Shown here: positions 28,075 to 37,079 of the stretch, piece by piece
Layout of the letters: each line of letters opens with the position of its first letter
How positions within the stretch are numbered: position 1 is the stretch's first letter
Assembly (NCBI GenBank): GCA_045113275.1
Contig: JBGUIU010000300.1
Span: 241 to 64,240 of the forward strand
DNA: 64,000 bases
Reading direction: 5' to 3'
Source: Paludibacteraceae bacterium
GTDB lineage: Bacteria > Bacteroidota > Bacteroidia > Bacteroidales > Paludibacteraceae
Notes under the pieces: generated by a model
Seen by the model: the letters and a program-made list of their open reading frames with translations, nothing else
Database searches by the model: none
Told to the model about the DNA's origin: nothing
Translations under genes and position numbers: made by a program

Positions 28075-28875
28075 ATGAAAATTCACAAACTTTTATTTGG
28101 GGTAATTATGGTTGTGAGCCTTTCTGCCAACTCTTATTCTCAAACAACTATTGATTCTTGGATTGATAAGATAAAGCAGTGTGACAGTGAGGAGTGCCAA
28201 AAGAATGGATTAATCGTATTGAAAGATTCATTATTGAGAACGTTGGGGGTCCATGATTTCCCATCGGAATGTTTGTGTAAATACGTGAATGTGAATTTAT
28301 ACGATCCATCTTTAAAAGAGCTTTTACTATCTAATCTGAGATCAAACTATGATTTTTGGACTATTCAGATTTTTTTCAAGATAGGTGACCCTATATATTG
28401 TGATTCATTAGTAAGCATATACAAAGAAAAAAGGCATAGCAAACCTTTAATCTATGATTTAAAGATGGAAAATGCGCTGATAAGATGTGGTAATAAAGAT
28501 ATATTGGAGCAAAGATATAAGTATTTAACTGAAACGATAAAACACGGAGGGAATTTGAACTTGGACTTTTGTCAGACAATTACAGAAACCCGCGATGTGG
28601 CAGACAGAAGATACGCTGACATGTTGATGAGTTATGTGATAAATAACAACAATCAATTAGTCTATTATGGGGATGATGGAGGAGGAAATGTGGATTATTG
28701 TCCTCTTTCCCGACTTTCTATCTTAATTCTAAAAGATATAATAAAGGATTTTCCGTATGTTCCCCAATATTACGAGTTGATAGATGAAAAAAAGGAAAGC
28801 GAAATCCGACAATGGTGCAAGAAACACCAAAAAGTGTATGAGATGAATATTGTGTCATTTAGTTTGAGACTCTGA
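28075..28875 (+). CDS. Secreted hypothetical protein (helical-repeat-like, Cys-rich N-terminal part)
   Basis: 266-aa ORF. Signal peptide 'MKIHKLLFGVIMVVSLSANSYSQ'. I recognise no family motif. Confidence 0.5.
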   Translation: MKIHKLLFGVIMVVSLSANSYSQTTIDSWIDKIKQCDSEECQKNGLIVLKDSLLRTLGVHDFPSECLCKYVNVNLYDPSLKELLLSNLRSNYDFWTIQIFFKIGDPIYCDSLVSIYKEKRHSKPLIYDLKMENALIRCGNKDILEQRYKYLTETIKHGGNLNLDFCQTITETRDVADRRYADMLMSYVINNNNQLVYYGDDGGGNVDYCPLSRLSILILKDIIKDFPYVPQYYELIDEKKESEIRQWCKKHQKVYEMNIVSFSLRL

Positions 28876-28896
28876 TAAAACCCAAGGAACAGAATC

Positions 28897-29682
28897 ATGG
28901 CTATATATAGTTACATATACGACATTGCCTATCTTCCCTTCATCATGCTCTACCTGAACACGATGGTATTGGTATGTTATAACTTCGGGGTGAAAAAAAC
29001 ATTCTATCTCTTCTTATCGACCCTCTCCATACTGGTATTTGTCAGACTATTACCCATTGAGATAGAACCTTACATCGCAGACGCCGGATTCCCAAGCTAT
29101 TCATATTACGAGATTTTCTGCAACCTATTCGTTTCCCTTCTATTCTTCTGGGTAGTACGGAAGCGGAAACACGCCTTGGTACTGTTGTTCTTGTCATTCT
29201 CCACGATTATACCCCTTTTCGGCGCACTAACGATGGAAGTGATTGGCATATGGTCTCTTATCGTTTTATATAAAACCATATTGGCAAAACACAACGATTC
29301 GCAAGGGAGTGCAGTATATATATTTATTTTCCTCGAACTAACTGTCAGTGTTCTATTGCTAATATTCACGAACCACTACTACTGCGAGCAAATGATAGAC
29401 ATTCGGCCGGAAAGCATGCACTTAATCAAAAAACAAAACGACACATACTACTACGTGATCACCCCAATTCATAATAACGAAAAGAAAATCAAACAGATAC
29501 GAAAAGAATTAGACAACTATTCTGACGGAAGATTCGTTATCTTAGAGGACAAAAAAGCCGCTTACTCTTTTCACCGGTCATCCATAAGAACATCTCTATA
29601 CGCTGTAGATCCATTAGACTATTCGCAGGAAGACGTCAACGAAACAGTCATAGAGAAAAAAGGAAGGGAAACAACTGAATAA
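28897..29682 (+). CDS. Hypothetical polytopic membrane protein with ~100-aa soluble C-terminal domain
   Basis: 261-aa ORF. About 5-6 hydrophobic helices in aa 1-165, then a charged soluble tail. I recognise no family motif. Confidence 0.5.
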   Translation: MAIYSYIYDIAYLPFIMLYLNTMVLVCYNFGVKKTFYLFLSTLSILVFVRLLPIEIEPYIADAGFPSYSYYEIFCNLFVSLLFFWVVRKRKHALVLLFLSFSTIIPLFGALTMEVIGIWSLIVLYKTILAKHNDSQGSAVYIFIFLELTVSVLLLIFTNHYYCEQMIDIRPESMHLIKKQNDTYYYVITPIHNNEKKIKQIRKELDNYSDGRFVILEDKKAAYSFHRSSIRTSLYAVDPLDYSQEDVNETVIEKKGRETTE

Positions 29683-29783
29683 TTTGCGCCACAGGTTCAC
29701 ACCTGCGTCTGTGTTATGGCATCCCCTCAGGATTGGGATGACGCGAGAATCAGACAATCGGGCATTCCACCTGCAGGTTGCGT

Positions 29784-29811
29784 GTAGAGACGCACGGCCG
29801 TGCGTCTCTAC
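29784..29811. repeat. Perfect 28-bp GC-rich palindrome (gtagagacgcacggccgtgcgtctctac) in a structured intergenic element
   Basis: The sequence equals its own reverse complement over all 28 nt. Neighbouring palindrome acctgcaggt (29769-29778) and hairpin catccc-N9-gggatg (29720-29740). Confidence 0.9.
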
Positions 29812-29890
29812 GATAAAACGATCCCCAACGGATAATCACCCCACCATTTTTGACAGTATCATACCTTTTCCTCTTTTCCCAAATAAATTT

Positions 29891-29898
29891 TATCTTTG
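29891..29898 (+). promoter_or_regulatory. -7 promoter motif (TATCTTTG) for the AddB-like nuclease gene
   Basis: Matches TAnnTTTG, 19 nt upstream of the ATG at 29918. Confidence 0.45.
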
Positions 29899-29917
29899 TG
29901 ACAATAATTTAGATTGT

Positions 29918-32900
29918 ATGTTCGGAGTCCCATTTCTTCAATCGGTTGCAGAGGATATTGTACGCAAGTACGGAGATGACTTATCTAATTTGATTGTTGT
30001 CTTCCCCAATAATCGTGCTCAGCTTTTTTTTAATGATTGTTTGTTAAATGCAGCCTCGAATTTAGGTGTAAAACATCCTATCTGGTCACCTTCATATACT
30101 ACGATAAAGAAGATGTTTGAAGAGCGCTCTTCGCTGCAGATCGCTGATCCCATAAAATTAGTGTGTCTTCTATATGACACATATATGGGGGTGTTAAATC
30201 ATGGGGAAGAGTATGGCTTGAATACCTCTGATCTGAAAGTGGATGAAACGCTAGACAGTTTCTATCACTGGGGTGAAATATTATTGTCTGATTTTGAGGA
30301 TATAGACAATAATATGGTGAATGCACAGATGCTTTTCCAAAACATTAAAGATGGGGTTCCATTCGAGGCCGATAGTACGTTTCTGACGGATGAACAGAGA
30401 GAGGTCTTGAAACATTTCTTTGCTGTATTTAAAGAAGGGGATGAGACGATCTTGAAGCGTAGATTCTTACAATTATGGTCACTTCTTCATCCTATATATG
30501 TCAAGTTTCGTCAACGCTTACTGTCCGAAAATCTGGCTTATGAGGGCATGTTGAAACGACAGGTTATTGAGGCGTGGGATGACTCTGATACTACAAATGA
30601 TGATAAGGTATATCTGTTTGTCGGATTCAATGTGTTGAACCAATGTGAAAAGATGCTTTTTAAACGCCTCTACAGTGGCAAGAGGGCTAAGTTCTATTGG
30701 GACTGTGACGAGTACTATATCCGTAAGAAAAACGAGGCTGAGGCTCATGAGGCAGGCCTCTTTATGAGAGATAATATAGGTGATTTTCCGAATGAATTAG
30801 AAACGTTTGATTTGTTAGGAAGCTGCTCGCGCAAAATTGAGATTATCGGCTCTGCATCGGAGGTGGCTCAGGCCAGATATGTTTCTAAGTTTCTGAAGGA
30901 ATGTGAGGCAGAAGGTTCTACCAATGATGATACGGTAGTCGTTTTGTGCAATGAAAATCTTTTGTTGCCTGTGTTGCATTCTATACCAGGAGGTGGAAAG
31001 GATAATGAAGAGTGCAATGTTAATGTGACAATGGGTCTCCCAATCGTGCAGACACCGATATATGGATTGATTCAGGTCTTATTGGATTATCAAGAACACT
31101 TGCATTTTCTGAACGCTGGTGAATCAAGTTCCTTGTTGAGTACAACTTTACTGCCATTGCTTCGAAACTACTACCTGCGTCTCGCTTATCCATCAATAAT
31201 CGAAATAGAAGAACAGATACAAAAGAAACACTGGAAATTTTTCAAAACTGAATCTTTAGTGAGCAATGAATCGTATGGAACATTGTTCTCACGATGTGAG
31301 ACATCTCGCGATCTCTTGCTTTGGCTGTTGGAGATTGTTAGAAAGGTCTCTGTGCTGTTTCGTGATGATGAGGAGGATATAGAAACGCATGTTGAGGAGG
31401 ATGAATACATAAAATCACTCTCTGGTGATCTGTATAAGGAATCGCTATATAGAATTTACACCATGCTTACAAGACTTATTGCCTTGTTGGATGAGGATAC
31501 TCTTACGTTGGAGTTTTCGATGATGCTACAGTTGATCAATACGCTAATGTCCTCTCTCTCTGTTCCGTTCACTGGTGAGATGGTGACAGGTACTCAAATC
31601 ATGGGTTTCTTGGAGACACGAAACTTGGATTTTACCAATGTGATACTGCTTTCTGCTAATGAAGGTACATTGCCAAGTTCGGGGAAAGAGAACTCGTTCG
31701 TTCCGTATGCATTGAGAAAAGGTTATGGTATGACTACAATAGAGCATAAAAACTCATTGTATGCGTATTATTTTTACCGTTTGTTGCAGCGAGCTGAGAA
31801 GGTGACGTTGATGTATAATACCTCAGAAAAAAGTTCTTCTAAAGGCCAGATGAGCCGCTTCTTGTTGCAGCTCATGGTCGAGGCAACAAATAACACAATT
31901 GAGAAGTCGCAGATTAACTCGGATGTTCCGAAGAATGAAAGCCTTTTGTTTAAGGTTGAAAAAACGGATGAGATTCTACAAAAGATGCATGAACTGTTTA
32001 ATCTGAACTATCAGTCAAATGGTCCTAAAAAGAGCCTTTCAGCTTCGTCATTAAACATGTATTTGAATTGTCCTATGCATTTTTATCTTAGTAAGATACT
32101 TCGATTATATAAGCAGGAGGAAATCTCGGATGACGTGCAGGTGAATGAGTTTGGAACGGTATTTCATGCCTCTATGCAGTATTATTATGATGACTTGATG
32201 CGCAAGAAGAAGAGCCGCATCATCTATGCTTCGGATTACCCTGCATTCATGACAAAGGAACGGACTGACGATGATGAGTCTATCACGCGGACAACCGATT
32301 ATAAAGAGTTTAAAGTGATGATAGATCGTTATGTAAATAAAGCATTTAAGATTCACTATTTTAATATGACGGAGGATGAAACAATGCCTCAATTGTCGGG
32401 TGAACAGCTGATGAACCGTGATGCCATCGCTCGTTATGTCATCGGTATGTTGATGTTGGATGCTCAATATGCACCGTTTGAGATTATTGGTAATGAATAC
32501 CATTTCTCTTCGGACTTTTCAGTTCCGCAACAGAATGGGAAGAGTCTCATGGTACGTTTTGAAGGAGACATAGACCGTGTGGATAAAAAAGGAGAAACAA
32601 TAAGGGTGTTGGATTATAAGACAGGAGGAAAGGCGAAAACCATGAAAGATATAGACTCTTTGTTTATCGTCTCTCCGAATCGTTATTCGTATGCCTTGCA
32701 AGTGATGATGTATAGTTATTTTTATTCTCTGAAGGAAAATGTGCAAGTGAAACCTGCAATTGCTTATTTGAAGACGGCCAAGTCGTTGGAAGCATTGGAT
32801 ATTATGTTGGATAAGAATGTTTTAACCTCAGCGAATGATTATTTTGAGGAATTGAAGCAAGGTATGGAACGAACGATTGAGGAGTTGTTTGACAAGGAGA

Positions 32901-32989
32901 TTCCTTTTGAGGCAAACAAAGATTGTCCAAGCTGTGAGTATTGCGACTATCTCTCTATTTGTGGCGTTAAACCTAAAAAAAGTTGGTGA
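29918..32989 (+). CDS. PD-(D/E)XK nuclease family protein, AddB-like with C-terminal Fe-S cysteine cluster
   Basis: ~1023 aa from 'MFGVPFLQSVAEDI'. Nuclease core 'FEGDIDRVDKKGETIRVLDYKTGG'. Terminal 'CPSCEYCDYLSIC'. The ORF track extends to 29684, but that part covers the GC-rich palindromic element and the promoter motif. Confidence 0.75.
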   Translation: MFGVPFLQSVAEDIVRKYGDDLSNLIVVFPNNRAQLFFNDCLLNAASNLGVKHPIWSPSYTTIKKMFEERSSLQIADPIKLVCLLYDTYMGVLNHGEEYGLNTSDLKVDETLDSFYHWGEILLSDFEDIDNNMVNAQMLFQNIKDGVPFEADSTFLTDEQREVLKHFFAVFKEGDETILKRRFLQLWSLLHPIYVKFRQRLLSENLAYEGMLKRQVIEAWDDSDTTNDDKVYLFVGFNVLNQCEKMLFKRLYSGKRAKFYWDCDEYYIRKKNEAEAHEAGLFMRDNIGDFPNELETFDLLGSCSRKIEIIGSASEVAQARYVSKFLKECEAEGSTNDDTVVVLCNENLLLPVLHSIPGGGKDNEECNVNVTMGLPIVQTPIYGLIQVLLDYQEHLHFLNAGESSSLLSTTLLPLLRNYYLRLAYPSIIEIEEQIQKKHWKFFKTESLVSNESYGTLFSRCETSRDLLLWLLEIVRKVSVLFRDDEEDIETHVEEDEYIKSLSGDLYKESLYRIYTMLTRLIALLDEDTLTLEFSMMLQLINTLMSSLSVPFTGEMVTGTQIMGFLETRNLDFTNVILLSANEGTLPSSGKENSFVPYALRKGYGMTTIEHKNSLYAYYFYRLLQRAEKVTLMYNTSEKSSSKGQMSRFLLQLMVEATNNTIEKSQINSDVPKNESLLFKVEKTDEILQKMHELFNLNYQSNGPKKSLSASSLNMYLNCPMHFYLSKILRLYKQEEISDDVQVNEFGTVFHASMQYYYDDLMRKKKSRIIYASDYPAFMTKERTDDDESITRTTDYKEFKVMIDRYVNKAFKIHYFNMTEDETMPQLSGEQLMNRDAIARYVIGMLMLDAQYAPFEIIGNEYHFSSDFSVPQQNGKSLMVRFEGDIDRVDKKGETIRVLDYKTGGKAKTMKDIDSLFIVSPNRYSYALQVMMYSYFYSLKENVQVKPAIAYLKTAKSLEALDIMLDKNVLTSANDYFEELKQGMERTIEELFDKEIPFEANKDCPSCEYCDYLSICGVKPKKSW

Positions 32990-33039
32990 TAGCTCTTAAC
33001 ACAATGTCCCAATTAAATAGAGACGTGAGTTGGAAGGTG
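32986..33039. repeat. 54-bp direct repeat, copy 1 (relic of the 3' end of the PAP2-like gene)
   Basis: 53/54 identical to 34513-34566. Begins at the TGA stop of the AddB-like gene. The reverse strand encodes '..TFQLTSLFNWDIVLRAITNFF*', with the frame closed just upstream. Confidence 0.9.
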
Positions 33040-33099
33040 TTTTAATAAATAGAGACGAGAGTGATTAAATAGATTTTCGATATAGATATTGATTAATAA

Positions 33100-34516
33100 A
33101 TGAAGGAAAAAGGGGTTTTATTTTTTGTTCTAAAGGCGCTGTCGCTGCTCCTTATTATTGTATATTATGTTGGGAAAGAGGTGATAAAGGAGATAAGTAT
33201 AAGTAAGAAAGAGATAATTTGTGTGGAGAAGGATGAGAAATATGGTTTTATAGATGAGACGGGAGAATGGATTGTCGAACCATGTTTGGATAATGCGAAT
33301 GCTTTTACGAAAGATGGAATAGCTCCAGTTAAATTTGATGGGAAGTGGGGGTTTATCGATAAAAAGGGAACGTGGATTATCCCTCCGAAGTTTTCTGATA
33401 TAGGTAGTAGTCTTGATGAATCGATGTTTCCCGTTCAATTTGACGATGGAAAGTATGGATATGTTTGTTGATGCAAGAAAGGGCAAGGTGACTATTCCTC
33501 CTCAATTTGATCGTGCCTTTGGTTTTGAGTTTGGTTATGGCTCTGTCGAAGTAAATGGCAAAGTCGGTATTGTTAATGAATCTGGTGAGATGATAGTCAA
33601 ACCTCAGTTTGATTGTGTTAATTTTCATCCTGAAACGGGTCTCGCTATAGTCGAGGTAAATGGTAAGTGGGGAGTCGTTGACAGAGCGGGGAACATGGTT
33701 CTAGAACCTCAGTTCGATGATAGGTCATACTGCTATGGTTGTTGGATGGAGTCGGGGATGTTTGCAGTCTCGAAAGATGGCAAGTGGGGAGTTGTTGACA
33801 AAGAAGGAAAAATAATCGTTAAGCCCCAGTATGATATGGTGGGCTTTGATTTATACCAAGATAAAGAAAATCATCCTTTTCCAAAGATTGGGTTGGCGGT
33901 TGTTTCGTTAGACGGTAAGTATGGATATGTGGACAAAAAAGGCAATTTGGCTATAGATCTGCAGTTTGAATATGCTACAGCTTTTTACGAAAACGGTTTG
34001 GCTGCAGCCAAATCAAATGGCAAGTGGGGCTATATAAACAAAAAGGGTGAGTGGGTCGTCCAACCACAATTTGAAGCCATAGAGTATTACTATTTTGACG
34101 GATTGACGGCTGTCAAAGTAAACGGGAAATGGGGCTATATAAATGAGAAAGGAAAGATGGTTATCCAACCGCAATTTGATTCATTTGGCACCTTTTTTGA
34201 CGAACATGGAATAGCTGTTGTCAGTTTAAACAAGAAACGTGTTTATATTGATAGAAAGGGAACGATTATAGGGCCGCCGTTTGATGTTGCAGAGGGTTTT
34301 AACAAAAATGGTATGGCTAGAGTTATGTTGAATGATAAGTGGGGAATTGTTGATACCAAGGGCAATTTTCTTGTTAACCCCATATTCGATGATATATGTA
34401 TGTATAAAAACGTATTTTTTGTACGAGAGAAAGAAAAATATGGTGATAAATGGGGTATTCTTGATAAGAAAGGTAATTATATTGTGACGCCTCAGTTCGA
34501 ATATTTTAAACTGTGA
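33100..34516 (+). pseudogene. WG-containing (KWG) beta-repeat protein, membrane-anchored, disrupted by a +1 frameshift near 33462-33469
   Basis: Two overlapping ORFs (33100-33471 and 33413-34516) carry the same repeat ('GKWGFIDKKGTWIIPPKF', 'GKWGVVDRAGNMVLEPQF', etc.). 'GKYGYV' in frame 1 continues as 'VDARKGKVTIPPQF' in frame 2. The junction holds a tgtt-tgtt tandem duplication. Confidence 0.75.
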
Positions 34517-35144
34517 TAGCTCTTAACACAATGTCCCAATTAAATAGAGACGTGAGTTGGATGGTGATATAGCCATTAGCAAAACCAGCTAGTAATTGTA
34601 GCGGAGTATGCCTTTTCAGTTGAAGTCGGGCAGCAGCTAAAGCACCTGCACAGATAAATGCTATGGACAACAAGATAGATGAGTTGGTGTAGGTGATGAG
34701 GCTCACTGCATATATGCTGGAGATGAATCCTCCTATACCTGTCATGTGGGCACTGATCTTCCACCATTTGCTGATAATCGCATCGATCAATATGGCTATT
34801 GAAATGCCTATCAGTATGTTAATGACGAAAAGAGGCATTTTAGAATATAATAAATAAGCACAGGCAAGATAGGATAGGCTGGTAATTGCGTAAGGTATGA
34901 TTCTGTCCTCTTTCTTTATCATTTGTATGCTTGAAATAATCTTTGTCTTTTCTAATATGTAATAAGAGAGAAACGGGATGAGAATACATACGAGAATGAT
35001 GCATAACAGACTCTCTTTGATGTACTGAACAGGATAATATGAGAAAGTGGAAAGGTTAAAAAGTAAGCATACACCATACAATGGCATAAGCAAGGGAAAT
35101 AATGTGAATGATATGACTCTTGAAATGATATTTGTCGATTCCAT
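34506..35144 (-). CDS. PAP2-superfamily (acid phosphatase-like) integral membrane protein
   Basis: 212 aa, ~6 TM helices. 'WKISAHMTG' and 'AARLQLKRHTPLQLLAG' resemble PAP2 motifs 2 and 3. Confidence 0.6.
   Translation of the reverse strand: MESTNIISRVISFTLFPLLMPLYGVCLLFNLSTFSYYPVQYIKESLLCIILVCILIPFLSYYILEKTKIISSIQMIKKEDRIIPYAITSLSYLACAYLLYSKMPLFVINILIGISIAILIDAIISKWWKISAHMTGIGGFISSIYAVSLITYTNSSILLSIAFICAGALAAARLQLKRHTPLQLLAGFANGYITIQLTSLFNWDIVLRAITV
34513..34566. repeat. 54-bp direct repeat, copy 2 (functional 3' end of the PAP2-like gene)
   Basis: 53/54 identical to 32986-33039. Begins at the TGA stop of the WG-repeat gene. The reverse strand encodes the PAP2-like C-terminus 'TIQLTSLFNWDIVLRAIT'. 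Confidence 0.9.
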
Positions 35145-35146
35145 AA

Positions 35147-36601
35147 CTATACAATTTCTTTTCTTAGTCGAGCAGGTTGATAACCAAGCTGCTCTCTGTA
35201 TTTGGCTACTGTTCTACGTGCAATGCTATAGCCTTTCTCTTTTAGCATTTCCGTGATTTTATCATCTGTCAGCGGACATCTCTTGTCTTCGTGGTCGAGT
35301 AGTTCTTGAAGGGTTGCCTTGATCTCGTTGATGGAAACCTCTTCACCATCGTTTGTTTGTAAGCTTCCTGAAAAGAAGTAACTTACAGGGAAGATGCCAA
35401 ACTCTGTCTGGATGTATTTGTTATTACAGGCTCTGGAAATTGTCGAGACGTCATATCCTGTAATGTTTGAAATATCTTTTAGTATCAACGGTTTTAATTT
35501 TGTATCATCTCCGTCAATAAAGAAATCATGCTGGATGTTGATGATGGCGGTCAGTGTGTTACGAAGGGTTTCTTGCCTTTGCTTGACTGAGTCAATAAAC
35601 CATTTGGCAGCGTCAAGTTTCTGCTTGACAAAGAGAATAGCATCTTTCTTCTCACGACTTTTTTGCTTGGCATTGCTGTAATCATCCAGCATCTCGGCAA
35701 ATTCGCGATTGACTCTTAGTGGAGGCAGATTTATATCGTTTAGGGTCAAAATCAAATTGCCGTCTTCGTTGTCCAATTGAAAGTCAGGACTGATTTGGAG
35801 ACTTGAAGCTGGAATCCCCGATTCCCACGCATTCCCCGGTTTCGGATTTAATTTGATAATCTCCTGAGAAGCCTTTTTTATCTCATCTTGAGAAAGCCCT
35901 GTTTTTACTTCGATTTGTTTATATCGCCGTTGAGAGAAATCGTCAAAATCGGAGGTTAAAATTTTTATTGCATTTTGGATGGCGTCTGTTGGCGTTTTCC
36001 GCTCCAACTGCATGACAAGACATTCCTGAAGATTGGTGGCTGCAATTCCTGCAGGTTCGAATGATTGTACAAATTTCAGCGCTTCTTTCATGTCATCGTC
36101 AGATACAATTGTGCCTGACTGAAAAGAATAGTCGTCAACCATAGACTCGACACTTCGTCTGAGGTACCCATCCTGATCAATGTTGCCAATGACATACTCT
36201 GCGAGAATACGGATATTCTCGGGGAGAGGTTGAAGATTTATTTGATCTTTTAAATAGTCATGAAGCGAGGTGGATGATTCAAGAACAGCCTCTTCTTTGG
36301 CTTCGTCTGAATTTCCATTGGGTTGAAACAACTTATAGTCTGGAATGTCATCTTCGGTGCGATAATCGTCCAAAGAATAATCTAAATTCTCATCAGTATT
36401 ATAGTCTTCTTCCTCCTTTAATTTGCTGATAGATTCTTCTTTGCCCAACTCTTCTCCTTCTTCCAGAGCAGGGTTTGATTCAAGCTCTTCTTTGATTCTG
36501 TCCTCCAACTCAATAGTGGGGATTTCCAACAACTTTATAGTCTGGATTTGCAGAGGAGAAAGCTTCTGCTGTAGTTTCAGTTGTAGTTTTTGCTGAATCA
36601 T
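35147..36601 (-). CDS. rpoN: RNA polymerase sigma-54 factor
   Basis: 484 aa. N-terminal 'QKLQLKLQQKLSPLQIQTIKLLE', acidic region II and RpoN box 'ARRTVAKYREQLG'. Confidence 0.95.
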   Translation of the reverse strand: MIQQKLQLKLQQKLSPLQIQTIKLLEIPTIELEDRIKEELESNPALEEGEELGKEESISKLKEEEDYNTDENLDYSLDDYRTEDDIPDYKLFQPNGNSDEAKEEAVLESSTSLHDYLKDQINLQPLPENIRILAEYVIGNIDQDGYLRRSVESMVDDYSFQSGTIVSDDDMKEALKFVQSFEPAGIAATNLQECLVMQLERKTPTDAIQNAIKILTSDFDDFSQRRYKQIEVKTGLSQDEIKKASQEIIKLNPKPGNAWESGIPASSLQISPDFQLDNEDGNLILTLNDINLPPLRVNREFAEMLDDYSNAKQKSREKKDAILFVKQKLDAAKWFIDSVKQRQETLRNTLTAIINIQHDFFIDGDDTKLKPLILKDISNITGYDVSTISRACNNKYIQTEFGIFPVSYFFSGSLQTNDGEEVSINEIKATLQELLDHEDKRCPLTDDKITEMLKEKGYSIARRTVAKYREQLGYQPARLRKEIV

Positions 36602-36619
36602 AATTAACTATTATCAGTG

Positions 36620-36627
36620 CAAATTTA
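36620..36627 (-). promoter_or_regulatory. -7 promoter motif (TAAATTTG on the minus strand) upstream of rpoN
   Basis: Matches TAnnTTTG, 18 nt upstream of the rpoN ATG. Confidence 0.4.
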
Positions 36628-36861
36628 ATTTTTTTGAGAGGTATGACAAACAAAAAAGATAAAAAAAACGTTAATATGACCAGACACGTTCGCTCATTAA
36701 ATCGAAATAGAATCTTACAGGCAAAAAAATTATTCTAGAATAGTGGGGGTGTTTTTTAATGCTCTGATGGTGCAGTAGCCGTGGAGGTGAGAATGGATCT
36801 TAATCTGCTCTTGAGCTGATGTGTTATGTAGGTTTGCTTTCGTGAAATTTTTTTCTTCGGG

Positions 36862-36903
36862 GGTAAAACAAAAAGAAGAGCCAATTGTCTTGACTCTTCT
36901 TTT
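36862..36903 (-). terminator. Rho-independent terminator downstream of tRNA-Phe
   Basis: 10-bp stem (plus strand aaaagaagag / ctcttctttt) with a 13-nt loop. On the minus strand a T-rich tract follows. Confidence 0.6.
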
Positions 36904-36906
36904 GTG

Positions 36907-36979
36907 TGGTGCCACCAGGAATCGAACCGGGGACACAAGGATTTTCAGTCCTTTGCTCTACCAACTGAGCTATGGCACC
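36907..36979 (-). tRNA. tRNA-Phe (anticodon GAA)
   Basis: The minus strand reads GGTGCCATAGCTCAGTTGGTAGAGCAAAGGACTGAAAATCCTTGTGTCCCCGGTTCGATTCCTGGTGGCACCA. This gives a full 73-nt cloverleaf with anticodon loop CTGAAAA and T-loop GGTTCGATTCC. CCA is not encoded. Confidence 0.92.
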
Positions 36980-37079
36980 ATTGCTTCTCTTTTGCGGTTG
37001 CAAAGATAGAACGATTTTTTTTAATGACAAAATAATTTTCCATAAAAAAAGATTTCTTCGTGATTTTTTTTGAAATGCC

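Noticed and set aside
29684-29917. A 78-codon N-terminal extension of the AddB-like ORF ('MRHRFTPASVLWHPLRIGMTRES..CRDARPCVSTIKRSP').
   Set aside because: This region is the GC-rich palindromic element plus a TATCTTTG promoter motif at 29891. The conserved-looking protein starts at the Met at 29918, so the extension is read-through of structured non-coding DNA.
33130-33628. Minus-strand ORFs (118 and 83 aa) across the WG-repeat gene.
   Set aside because: The plus-strand frames carry the unmistakable KWG repeat pattern, while the antisense translations are featureless.
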